This document shows positions 32,535-48,364 of a DNA stretch of 64,000 bases, one piece after another. The stretch spans positions 434,001-498,000 of the forward strand of contig MCFH01000004.1 of assembly GCA_002104945.1 (NCBI GenBank), read 5' to 3'. Positions within the stretch are counted from its first letter, which is position 1. Every line of letters begins with the position of its first letter. A program made the translations under genes and the position numbers. Source of the DNA: Piromyces finnis finn (Eukaryota > Fungi > Neocallimastigomycota). Under the pieces are notes generated by a model, which ran no database searches, was not told where the DNA came from, and was given only the letters and a program-made list of their open reading frames with translations.

Positions 32535-32825
32535 TAAATAAAAATTAATGTTATATATTAAGAAATTAAAATCATAAATTTTATTTTCAAATACTAAATT
32601 TAAGTTATTAAAATGTTATTATTATTGTTTTGATTTTAAAACATAATAGATTTATTTTATTTAAAAAATAAAAAAAATTAATAAATATATATATTATATA
32701 TAAAAATTAATAAATCTTTATATAATTATGTTTATTATATATCAATTAATATTAATAATATTATTGATGTATAATAAATTTCAGTTACAATATTTTAAAT
32801 TAGATGAGATAGCAATTACTATTGT

Positions 32826-34809
32826 TTAAATAGGACTATTTAATGTACTCATATTTAAACTTGACCTTGAAGAAGATCTATGAGATTTAACTATCTTTTG
32901 AGCTATGACAGAACTATTACTAAAGGCTCGAGTTAAAGTCTCATTAATTGAGGTAAAGCTGTTTGTGGAAGCGCGACGATTATAAAAGTCATTTTCATTA
33001 TTCGTTTGAACTGTAAGAAATTTATTTTCACTAACAGGATAATTAAATATGTCATTATCACTATTTTCTATATAATCATAATCAATTACAATGTAGGATT
33101 CTATCGCTGATTTATTATCATTACTACTTGAATCTGATTCTAAACTTGCTATTGTTAATTCATCTATATTTTTTTGTATATTTTGTACCACATTATTAAT
33201 TTGATCTTTTGCATGATCTTTTGCATTGCTAATTTGATCCTTTGCATTATTAATATGATCTTTTGCATGATCTTTTACATTGCTAATTTGATCTTTTGCA
33301 TTGCTAATTTGATCCTTTGCATTATTAATTTGTCCCTTTGCATGGTCTTTAGCATTGTATACTTTTTCGGTAAAAGTACGTTTTATATTTTCAGCATAAT
33401 TTTCTAAATTTTGGGTAAACTGTGGATCACGTACTTTATTAGAAGCTGGCTTAATAACATTTTCATTTATAGAATTGACAGCGGAAGTTAAGAAATCCCA
33501 TCCTGTAGAAAGTCGTTTTTGAAATTGGGTTATTCCTTCATTCTTTAAATCCTTTTCAGTGCGAAGGGGTTTACTTCCAAAACCAGTATATTTTCCTCCT
33601 TTACTCGGTGGTAAATTTTCATCTCTTTGTTCATTTTCACGACCTTTTCTTGCAAAAAATTCTTCATTTCTTTCTTTACTTGGTCTGTATGCTCTAATAA
33701 GAGTGATATTATCAAATTCTTTTTTATTTGGATCTAACATATCTGATGGATCAGAGTTGAATAAATAAATATTTTCCCAATTACTATTAGCACTTGAAGG
33801 ACTGGTATTTTTACTATTATTTTTACTATTATTATTATTATCATTATTATTACTCTCATTACTCTCTATATTTATTTCACTAGAAGTTGAAATTCCAGAT
33901 GTTGTAGATATTGGTGACATTTGATTATCAGCATTTTCAATATATTTTTGACATATTTTTGTTAGTTTATTTGCATAAGTATTAGCAAAATTTGAACTGT
34001 ATTGCTCTTTTATCGACATATTTTTACGATATTCCGGTTGATTAGTGAAAAACCTTTCTGCTCTGTCATTTCCACCTAATTTCATTCTTAATATTTGTTC
34101 TTCATTCCAAGTATCTATTGTGATAGAACGAACTGAGCTTTCATCCAATAATCGATGTTCATCAAAACATTTTGAACATAAAAATGTACCATAATTAATA
34201 CTTGCCCTATTTTACAAATATATAAAATTTTAGTTTCACTATAAATAATATATATAATGTATATAATCTATTATTAATAAAATAACAATATTGTGATATA
34301 TGATATATGATATATATATAGATTCAGTATGTTAATTTTTTTTTCTTTGTATAAAATGTATTTTTACTATATCAATTTATAATTAATAAAAAGTTATTAT
34401 AAAATTTTAAAAACTATATTATAAATATATTGTACTAGTATCATTAGATATGTATGTATATTAAATTATTAAAAATTCTTTATATATATTGATTATTAAT
34501 ATATATATTATACCATATACATATATCATTTTATATCATTTTATATATCATATATTTTTTTGTACAATAAAACTAATAAATTTACCATTGCGGATCTGGT
34601 GCTCCACAGTCTATACAACTATTATTCCCATTAATATTTTTTAATTCTATATTAAAAACAATTATGCCATGAGTGTGCGTTAAAGAATGTATATGTATAA
34701 TAAATTTAGGATATTGATAAAATTTATTTTTTATTATTTAATTATAGTTTATCTTTATATTCGTTATATATATTTATTATATACCATTTAAAACTTGCTT
34801 GAAATCCAT
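32826..34809 (-). CDS. GCS1: ADP-ribosylation factor GTPase-activating protein (Gcs1/ArfGAP1 type), three exons
   Basis: Exons MDFKQVLN | ELKNINGNNSCIDCGAPDPQW | ASINYGTFLCSKCFDEHR...VRSITIDTW...MKLGGN. These give a C4 zinc finger and the Arg-finger HR. GGKYTGFGS and an ALPS-like LSTGWDFLTSAV segment follow. Confidence 0.88.
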
Positions 34810-34924
34810 TAAGGTTTATAATTAAATATTAAAGATATACAATATTAATTAAATAATATTTTTTTTTTAAAAAAATAAAAAGTGAAATAAAAGTGAAATA
34901 ATATATTTTTTGATTAATGACTTA

Positions 34925-35112
34925 ATGACAGTTATTAATTATTATTTTTTTTAATAAAATTATTATTTTAACATACACCTATTATTATTATAATACAGTT
35001 TAAAGTCTATATTTCAAATGACAGTTATTAATTATTATTTTTTAATAAAATTATAATTATAATTATTTTAACATACACCTATTATTACGATAATACAGTT
35101 AAAGTCTATATT
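34925..35112. repeat. Tandem duplication of ~100 bp upstream of the ArfGAP
   Basis: aatgacagttattaattattat...aacatacacctattatta...taatacagttaaagtctatatt occurs twice. Confidence 0.85.
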
Positions 35113-35329
35113 CATTACCTAATGATTATAAGCTTTTTGTTAATGTGATTCTATAAAATTATTTAATAAAATTATAAATTAATTTTTTCTTGAGTTTATT
35201 GGCCAATACTAATTAAATTAATTTAAATTATAGATATCAATTTCTTAATGTAATTAAGTCATCCTATATAATATATAATTATAATTATTAAATGAAAATA
35301 CCTAATAGGAATAATGAAAATACATAGTA

Positions 35330-35384
35330 CTACTGTTAATAATAATAATAATAATAATAATACTAATACTAATACTACTAATAA

Positions 35385-35419
<35 letters not shown>

Positions 35420-35785
35420 CTAATACTAATACTAATAATAATAATAATACTAATACTAATACTAATACTAATACTAATACTAATACTAATACTAATACTA
35501 ATACTAATACTAATACTAATACAATACTAATACTAATACTAATACTAATACTAATACTAATACTAATACTAATACTAATACTAATACTAATACTAATACT
35601 AATACTAATACTAATACTAATACTAATACTAATACTAATACTAATAATAATAATAATACTAATACTAATACTAATACTAATACTAATACTAATACTAATA
35701 CTAATACTAATACTAATACTAATACTAATACTAATACTAATACTAATACTAATACTAATACTAATACTAATACTAATAATAATAA
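35330..35785. repeat. (AATACT)n/(AAT)n microsatellite, about 450 bp
   Basis: Seen directly; it explains the spurious ORF 35314..35871. Confidence 0.95.
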
Positions 35786-36629
35786 TGAGTATTAGTATAA
35801 GTTGTTTTATACATTATTCTTCTTTTTTATTTTATTTTTTTATTATATTTAATACATTATTTTTGAATTAATACATGATGTAACTTTTTCTTTATAATCA
35901 TATAAATATGTCACCATATAATTTAATTTATTTTATAATTATTAAAGTTTGAATTCAAGAATTTTTATATCATAAATATGCCATAAAAACAAATTGAATT
36001 ATTGTTAGAATATGTGAAACGTTATGTCACATGTATTCAAATGTATTAAAACGTATTTGTATACATTGTATTTGATTATATGTTTAAGCCACAATGTAAA
36101 TGTATAAATACATGTAGTTTGAGAAGAATGTAACGCAAGTAGTTCTTTATCATAAAATATATTAATAAAGTTGACATAATTATAAACCTAAATTAAACAA
36201 CTCTTAATAATTATGAATTTTTCATAATAATGACAGTCATTTCATTGGATGAAAAATAATTAAGTTTATAGTAAAATTTGGATGGAATTTATTTACCTAT
36301 AGAAAAAATAAAAAAATGTGGATATTTTAATAAATATTAATATATAACCTTTATATAAATTTAATATATAATTGAATTGAAAATATTATATATAAATCGA
36401 CCGTTTCATATAATATTTAATAAGTTTTTATGTTTTTTTTTTTTTTTTAAAACACGCTATTTTTATAATAAATTTAATATAGTAGTATTCAAAATTTATC
36501 ATATATTATTCAATAAATTAATATTATACTATTTCAAAGCATAGTTGTAGTTGTATTAAGGAAATATAATTTGTAAAAGATTAATATATAAAAATAAAGT
36601 ATATATTATATAGTTATGAAACATTTAAT

Positions 36630-36862
36630 TAGGGGGCGGTTGACACGTGATCAAATTGACTATAAGAGGCTTAGCATTGTAGTTGTGAAATATCGTACAA
36701 CGACATGCATCTAATGTACATGGATTAAGTGAGCGTCGAAGCTGAAGAAACAGTATGACAGACCAGGAGGGTCACAACCACCTAGCAATAGGAATGAGCC
36801 AACGTTTCTCTAAGAACCACCACTGGAGCTAACTCTGATCGATGGGAGAAATGCACTCGGAA

Positions 36863-36892
<30 letters not shown>
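36630..36892 (+). mobile_element. Short non-LTR retroposon insertion (SINE-like or 5'-truncated LINE) with poly(A) tail and 14-bp TSD
   Basis: A GC-rich body of ~235 bp ends in A27 (36866-36892). It is flanked by ATGAAACATTTAAT at 36616-36629 and 36893-36906. Confidence 0.88.
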
Positions 36893-36893
<1 letters not shown>

Positions 36894-38190
36894 TGAAACA
36901 TTTAATAGATTAAAAAAATCTACTTGTTTTTAGTAATAATAAATGAAAAACTTTCATAATATTCCTTTGGTTAGTTAGTTATTATTTTATAATAAATAGC
37001 TCTTAAAATTTAGTTATTATTTTATAATAAATAGCTCTTAAAATTTATAATTTATTACTAGTATAAATTACTTATTTATAAATTATATATAATTAGAATG
37101 ATATAATTTTAAATATTTTATCATTATAATGATGCATTTTAATCTGGAATTATCAATTTCTTGATTTCTTGGTATTGCTATATTGTAATAATATTTAAAG
37201 TTATTGGTATATTTTGAATAAATTAATAATATATTTCTATACTATTTATTTATTAATACCAATTAAAATTTAATTTATACATTAAATGTCAAACTTTAAT
37301 AAATAATAGAATTACTATTTTTATTATTTTAATTTATTTAATATATATTATGTTTTAATCTTCAAATTAATATTTAATATTGTTTGAACACAAGTCAATA
37401 TGTTAATAAATTGAAAGTAATGGAATATTAAATTATTAATTTTTTTTAAATAATTATTTTTAATTGCAAGATTTAGAAAGCCAAAGCTAACCAAACAATA
37501 ATACTAGTAAAATTATACCAAGATTTTATATTATTATTTATTCTATTATTTAAAGTTTAATAGTATTGTTTTGAATATTAATTTAATATATAAATATATT
37601 ACAATTTAATATTAATATATATCATGAATAATAAAGGCATATTAATTTAAATATTATAAATTAGAAATATGAATTTTTAATATATCATTATTTAATAAAT
37701 TAACAAAATTTATAAAAAAAAAGCTCCAGTTTAAAAAAATATTTTATAATTATTCTTTGGAAATTAAAAAAAAAAAAGTTAGATTTTATTATTAAATAAG
37801 TTTTTCTAAATTAAAATAAAAGAAGAAAGCCTTTAATAATAAAAGGAATAAAAAAATAAAAGGATTCCTTAAATCAGGAGTTTTTTATAAAGTGAAAAAT
37901 AGTAGAAAAAAAGTAAAATTTCAAATTACAAAAAAATTTCAAATTAGCAAAATAAATTAATCAATTCATTAATTATATATTATTAATAAAATAAAATATA
38001 ATATTAATATTTTTTATTTAAAAACAATAAAGCTTTAAAGAAAAAATATTTTAACTATTGTGTTATATATTCAATAATAATATTGATTATTTATGAAAAA
38101 AAACTAATAGCAAAGGAAAAGCATATTCTAAAATATAAATTATAAAGATTTCCATTTTTTTTTTTTCAATATAACAATTTAGTTATAAAA

Positions 38191-41163
<2,973 letters not shown>

Positions 41164-41378
41164 AATTAATTTATTTTAATTGCCTTTTTTTTTTTTTAGA
41201 AAAAATATTCGGTAAAACGTAAAATATTTATAATTATCGCTATAAAAAAATAAAAAAAAAATCTAATAATAATAAATTTTAATTATTTTATTATTATTAA
41301 AAAGTAATAGAAATACATTGATTGTAATATAACAATATTTTAGTAGATTAAATTATTTTTTTATCAAATTCTTTTTGT

Positions 41379-41513
<135 letters not shown>

Positions 41514-41917
41514 AGAAGATAGAATTAAAAAAACTTAAAATAATTGGAAAATTTAGTAAATTGCATTATTAAATTTAGAAAATGTAAACTTTTAATAAAA
41601 AAGATATAGAATGGAAAGATTTCTAGGAAAAAACGATTAAAAATACAATGATAGAAAATTTGTAGACCAGAATTATCGTATGGTTTTTGAAATCAAGAAG
41701 TAGATTCATTTTAAATATTGAAGTTTGTTAAAGCTGGCAAATTAAGTGATTCAATTTTTCTAAATATTACTATCTATGTTGCTACCCTTTTCAAGTTTAT
41801 CGTGTTATTTCTTTGAAAAGGGCGGAATGTCTATTTTCTGAAATCAGATTTTGGTGGGTGAGTGAAATTTGTGTGATAATATAATAAAAAATTTACTATT
41901 AAAAAATTGCTATTGAT

Positions 41918-41984
<67 letters not shown>

Positions 41985-42399
41985 TCATTTGTAACAATAT
42001 TTATATGTTCTTTCTTGATGGAATTTTTAGCTTATGAAGAGTTACAAATTGATAAGATGGAACAAAGACGATTGAGTAAACAAAATTTACCGTTCTCATG
42101 TATCTCATGTTCCATATATAGTGGATACCATAACTTTACTTTTTAAAAACAATTCCTATTGTTAGTAATTCTATGTAACTATTTTTTTAAATAGATGTAA
42201 TATGACACTTTATGTAATTAAGAACTCCAACAATGTACCACTATGATATTCTTCTCGTTCCGTAAATGGGGTTCGATGGTAGTGTTTCTTTGAATGAAAA
42301 TATTAAAAAACCATGAGTAAATTTATTATTTTTTATTTATCTTTTTATTAAAATTATTATTTAATATAATGTAAATTTTAAAAGTTAAATATTTTGTCT

Positions 42400-43085
42400 A
42401 AAAAACAACAACAGCATTTTAACAACATCAACATCAAAAGCAACAACTGTTCATGTTGCAAGAGGGATAATTAAAGCATTCAAATTGGTTAAATAAATAT
42501 GTAATTTTTAATGATTTCCATGTTAAACATCTAGTCCTAATTTTTAATTTTCGTAATAAATTATATTTATACAGCTTTATTAATAATAGTAATAATAATG
42601 ATAATAATAGTATTAGAGAAAAAGAAAATAAAAATAATGTTAAGGATAACAATGACGATCTTTTTAATAATAATAATGTTAGACGTAATCGTTTTAATAG
42701 AAATAATAAAGATGATAGTTTTTTAGATAATAATAATTTTATTTAGTATGTGAGGAAAAAATATTTAAATTCCTTCTTGGAGAGAGAAAAGAAGAAGAAG
42801 TCTTAACAATAACAATTCAAGGAAATAGAAAGGTCTTTGTAAGGGGTCAAATTATACCATGCCTCTCATGAAGGATTAATATTTTTTAAATAGAACTTCC
42901 GATCAGAATCATGCCTTATGATGTTATTGGTCAACAATAATCAGTGTTAAAAAAAAATGGTTAAAGTAACAATCAAAAGCGGCATTGTCGGCAAAATAAT
43001 ATTACAATATGACTAGAACAAACAATAAACAAATCATAATTCTACTCCCCTGCCAAAATTTGATCTTTGATATTAAATCCCATTG
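42400..43085 (+). mobile_element. Decayed repeat or retroelement fragment homologous to 55.9-56.2 kb
   Basis: It shares ttaaattccttcttgg, aattcaagg, tagaacttc and tttgatctttga...ccc, in the same order, with 55920-56217. Both copies follow an AAT-rich linker. Confidence 0.55.
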
Positions 43086-43154
43086 AAAGATAATTACAAT
43101 TATTATATACATTATATACTTTAATGACCTTCTTATTTTAATAAAATAACTAGA

Positions 43155-43195
<41 letters not shown>

Positions 43196-45213
43196 TTTAT
43201 TTTTAATTATGTGCATTATAATTTTTATAATAATAAAAGTTTTAAAATACTTGCTGTTTTTTTTATAAGTTTGATCCATAAGAAATTATATCAATGATTT
43301 ATTTATTATTTTTTTTGTCGGTAAAAATGGATCTACTTTCACCAAAATCTTAATACATTTTTAAAGAAAGATATTGAAAGATGAATATATGATAACATTT
43401 ATAATTTTTTTCTAAGTTGAAATGTAATCTTTAATAAACATCATATCATTAATAAGGGAATAACACTTGATACTTTTAAGGAATATATTATTTTACATAT
43501 TATTTTGAAGAAGTGTATCATACTTTTATTATTTTTATCTTAAATAATTTTTTTTGATAGGGTTAGTAATAGATTTAGTGTTTACTGAGCTAAAGAATAG
43601 CGATAGCGTACTAATAAGATAATGTAACATCAACTCACTTTTATCTAGACAGTCTAATCCTAATATAGAGTCTTGGATAAATACTAGAAACAGTGTAATT
43701 TGTTTGTCAGATGTTATTTTTATTTTATAGTTGGTATGGATATTCTATTAGGGAAAAGTTAACCTTGAATATAATAATACATAATAATATAAAACTTTTA
43801 AAGGATATTATTACATCTTGTGTTTAAAATTTATTAATATAAAATAGCTGATATACTTATAGCTTGATGATACACAAAATACTTAATGCATAAAGAATAA
43901 TTATCAATATATATTATTATTACCCAATATATTGATAAATTATATAAGATAAATAAATAAAAGAGAAGAGATATTTTTTTTCTTGTTTAAAAGAGAAAAA
44001 AAAAATAAAAAACTATATAATACACTATATAATAAATGCTAATTTTGATTTTTTCTACATTTAAAATGGTTTGGTTATTCGACAGATCCATCACTTTTTC
44101 TTTTTTTCTGTACATTTATTACCACCACCAATACTATTTCTTCATTTTAACTTTTAGCAAAATAAAAAAGATCTACATTTATTATATTATTTTTTTTACT
44201 ATTTACATTTATTTGAACCAATAAATTTCAATTTAGCTCATATCTATAAAATTTTGTAGGAAGACATTCTTTCCTAAAATAAAAATGTATATTTCTTTTT
44301 ATAAATATTTCTATGATGAAATTTGCGCAGTTAATAGTCATAAAATATACAATTATATTATTCATTTATTTACTTTTTCTGTGTCTTCATTTTATCAATG
44401 TATTATTATAAATTATTATTACTATCCAGTAGTTAATAAATATATACCACTTTCTAGTTATACATAAATAAATGTAAATATTACATACAAAATAAATTTA
44501 ATTTATATTTTTTTATGTGATGGATAAATAAGTATATCAACAATTATTATTTATAAAAATGGGTAAAAAAAAAAGATTTAAACTTTATTTTTAATAAAAT
44601 AATTAGTGTAACCTAATAATTATTTATTATTTAATATAATTTTATGCAACTTTATTTATTATATTTTCCCGATTTTTAATTAAAAAAATGAATTGATTTT
44701 CAAAATTTTATTTCTTTATTTTTTATGATACATTTTTCTTAACCAATAATTCTTTATAGATGTGACTTTTTTTATTAAAAATTAATTTAATAAGTTTTTA
44801 ATTAAAAAAAAAAAGATATACCATTTTTAGTATGTAATTTTTATTACCACATTTGTTATATAAATACAAATTTAGTTTTCTTTTTTTTTTTTTATTTCAT
44901 TATTCTATATTATTATAAATTTTGAAAATTTATATATTTAAAAAAAAAAGGTGTTACTATAAATTTTTTTCAAAAAAAAAAAAAAAAAAACAGTAATACG
45001 TAATATAGATATACTATAATTTTTTTGATAAAAATTATAGTAATAGTCAAAATAAAAATAAAATATTAATCATATCTATACATATACAAAAGTGTACAAA
45101 AGTATACAAAAGCAATAGCTATAAAAAGAACTTAAAAGAATAATAAAATATCATCAAGTTTAACATATATCTATAATTTTTTTTATAAAAATAAATTGCC
45201 AATAAATAAAAAA

Positions 45214-46830
45214 ATGAGAACCAATTTCATTATTTCTATTGCAACCTTAGTATTAGGTGTTGCAAAAACATTTGCTGAACCAGATCCAAATTTCCATATT
45301 TATTTAGCTTTTGGTCAATCAAATATGTTAAGTGGAGATATTGAAAGTCAGGATAAAAATGTTGATAGTCGTTTCCAAATGATTTCAACTGTTAATGATT
45401 GTGGTAGTCGTCGTTTAGGTGAATGGTATACTGCTGTTCCTCCATTAGCTAGTTGTAATGCAGGTTTAGGTCCAGTTCCTTACTTTGGTAATACTTTAGT
45501 TGAAAAATTACCAAAAGAAATCAAAGTTGGTGTTGCCGTTGTTGGTATTGCAGGTTGTGATATTCAACTTTTTGAAAAAGATAGATATCAAAGTTATGAA
45601 CATGCTGATTGGATGACTTATTATATTGATGAATATGGTGGTAATCCATATGGTCGTTTAGTTGACATGGGTAAGATTGCTCAAAAATCAGGTGTTATCA
45701 AGGGTATTCTTGTTCATCAAGGTGAAACTAATAATGGTAATCAAGACTGGCCAAAACGTCTTAAGGGTGTTTATGAAAATCTTCTTACAGATTTAGGTTT
45801 AAAAGCAGAAAATGTTCCACTTATTGTAGGTGAACTTGTTCAATCCGATAAAGGTGGTATTTGTGGTGGTATGAATAATATCATTCAAACTGTCCCAGAA
45901 GTTATTCCAACAGCTCATATTGTTTCATCTGAAGGATTAGAACAACAAGGTGATGGTTTCCACTTTACTTCTGCTTCTCATCGTATTTTAGGTAAACGTT
46001 ATGCCGAAGTTATGTTAAGTATTTTAGATGGAACTACACCAATCAAACAAGGCGGTGGTGAACCAGATAAGGATGGTTATTATTTCCATAATACTTTTGA
46101 AAATGGTGCTGAACGTTGGGAAAATAGAGGTTATGCTAGTGTAGCTCAATCAAAGGATACTGCTTATAAGGGTAATGGATCTCTTTACTGTGAAAAGAGA
46201 GAATATAATTGGAGTGGTGCTTCCCGTTCTCTTTCTTCTAACGTTTTTGAACCAGGTAAAGAATTTAGTTTCAGTGCTGTTGTTAAGTATGATGAAGGAC
46301 CAGAATCTCAAACCTTTTTCCTTTCACTTCAATATAATGATGATTCGGGTGAAACTCAATACGATAAAATTGCTATTGTTAAGGTTACTCAAGGTGAATG
46401 GGTACAATTAGCAAATACAAACTATAAAATTCCAGCCAATTCTTCCAACTTAATGTTTTACATTGAAACTGAAGAAGAATTATCAAGCTTTTATGTTGAT
46501 GAAGCTATTGCTGCTCCAGCAGGTACTAAAATTGAAGGACCTAACTCTGGTGCATCTTCTTCTTCAAGTGACAATACCCAATGTTTTGCCATAAAATTAG
46601 GATACTCTTGCTGTCAACAAACCACCAAGGTTGTCTATGAAGATTCTGATGGAGAATGGGGTGTTGAAAATGGTGAATGGTGTGGTATTCCATCCACTAC
46701 TTCTTCCTCATCTTGTTGGTCCTCTGCTTTAGGTTATCCATGTTGTACTGTCTCAACTGACGTTTACTACAAGGATAATTCTGGTAGTTGGGGTGTAGAA
46801 AATGGTGATTGGTGCGGTATTCCAAATTAA
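45214..46830 (+). CDS. Cellulosomal acetylxylan esterase: signal peptide - CE6 - CBM4/9/22-like module - two fungal dockerins
   Basis: Intronless. CE6/SGNH motifs AFGQSNM, HQGE and DGFHF are present. A CBM_4_9-like module ([23 protein letters not shown]) follows, then two dockerins (LGYSCC...[11 protein letters not shown]; LGYPCC...[11 protein letters not shown]). The ATG at 45214 is preferred over the TTG start at 45196. Confidence 0.95.
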   Translation: MRTNFIISIATLVLGVAKTFAEPDPNFHIYLAFGQSNMLSGDIESQDKNVDSRFQMISTVNDCGSRRLGEWYTAVPPLASCNAGLGPVPYFGNTLVEKLPKEIKVGVAVVGIAGCDIQLFEKDRYQSYEHADWMTYYIDEYGGNPYGRLVDMGKIAQKSGVIKGILVHQGETNNGNQDWPKRLKGVYENLLTDLGLKAENVPLIVGELVQSDKGGICGGMNNIIQTVPEVIPTAHIVSSEGLEQQGDGFHFTSASHRILGKRYAEVMLSILDGTTPIKQGGGEPDKDGYYFHNTFENGAERWENRGYASVAQSKDTAYKGNGSLYCEKREYNWSGASRSLSSNVFEPGKEFSFSAVVKYDEGPESQTFFLSLQYNDDSGETQYDKIAIVKVTQGEWVQLANTNYKIPANSSNLMFYIETEEELSSFYVDEAIAAPAGTKIEGPNSGASSSSSDNTQCFAIKLGYSCCQQTTKVVYEDSDGEWGVENGEWCGIPSTTSSSSCWSSALGYPCCTVSTDVYYKDNSGSWGVENGDWCGIPN

Positions 46831-47083
46831 AAAAAAAAATAAAAACTTTAGGTGTGTAAATAAGCAACGTGACAATAAAACTGTAAAGTAAAAAAAAAAA
46901 AAAAAAATTATTATGTATAAATTAAAAATATTTGTAGTTATAAAAAAAAACAAAACAAATAATTAAAATAAAAATTATAAAAGAAAATGTAACATAGCTT
47001 TTTTTTTTTTTAAAAAAAATTTCATATAATTTATTAGTAGTTTATTAGTTATGTGTGTTTAGTGTACAAATGATAAATTTATA

Positions 47084-47125
<42 letters not shown>

Positions 47126-48364
47126 TTAAGAAAGGTGTAATATATATTTATTATTATTTTTTATTTTTTCATTAGCTATATATATGTATACTTTTATACG
47201 TATTAATAGTGTTTGCATTTGCCTATTTCCAATATAATTTCGTATATGTATAGTTCAATGATTTACCCATTTATTTGTATATTAATCTTTAATAACCAAT
47301 GTTCATTTTAATATTAATTAAAAATAGTAAAGATAAATAACTACTTATTTAACTATTCATTTTGATAGAAATATCCAAGTCTTTATACACAGTACAATTC
47401 AATAGTATATTAATGGTGTATCATTGTTGTTTTGATGTATATATACATATATTTGAAGTATACTTCTTTTTTATATTTTTTCAGTAATTAAATAGTGCAG
47501 ATTGACTAATTATTTATTATTTTATGGAAAACATTTTCATGTTAATAGAAAAAAAAAATATATCCTTTTTTAATAAAAATTACTCTGTTTCAATTTCAAA
47601 TAAAAAAAAAAAAATTTAAATTTTCTTTTTTCTTTTTTTGAAAAGATATAACAATATAAATATAGATATTTTCTTTTACTTTTTTTTTTTTTTTTACCAA
47701 TAAATAAATTAAAACATTTAAAAGATTAAAAAAAAAAGGAATATATCAATTTTTTTTTTATAATTTATAATGTTTAGAAAAAAAAAAAAAAGTTTTCAGA
47801 GAAAAGAAAACACTTTTTCAATATTCCATAAATGTTAATATTAATTATTTAATTTGAAATAGAAATATATAATAATTTTAACTATTAAAAATTTAAATAT
47901 ACCATTTTTTAAAAAATTATATCTTCTTTTAATACTTTGCCTTTTTTTTTTTATTTTATTTTATCATAAAAAAACAAAGATAAATAAATATTCTTAATAG
48001 AAAGAATATAAGGACCAAAGTATGAAAGTTTTTTTTTTTTTTTTAGAAAAAAAAGTTTGGTAATTGTATAAAAAATGTTAAGTAACAATCATGGGGATTT
48101 CAATAACCTTCAAAATACTCGTAGGGCAAGAGGAAGTAGTGATGATATTTACGATTTAACAAATTATATTTCAAATTTGAATTTTTCTAGTCATGACAAT
48201 GTTTCTCTTTCTTCCAACCTATCATCTGCAAGTATTAGTTAATGATGATAGTGATTACGATTTTTCAGAGATTATTCAATATTCAGAAAAAATCATAGAT
48301 ACTAAATATACCAACAAGTGTCACCCTGTCCTTTTTTTTTTTTTTATTAATTCTCTATCATTCT

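Noticed and set aside
45196-45213. Longer CE6 start given by the ORF track
   Set aside because: It uses a TTG start. The ATG at 45214 has an A-rich context and begins a normal signal peptide.
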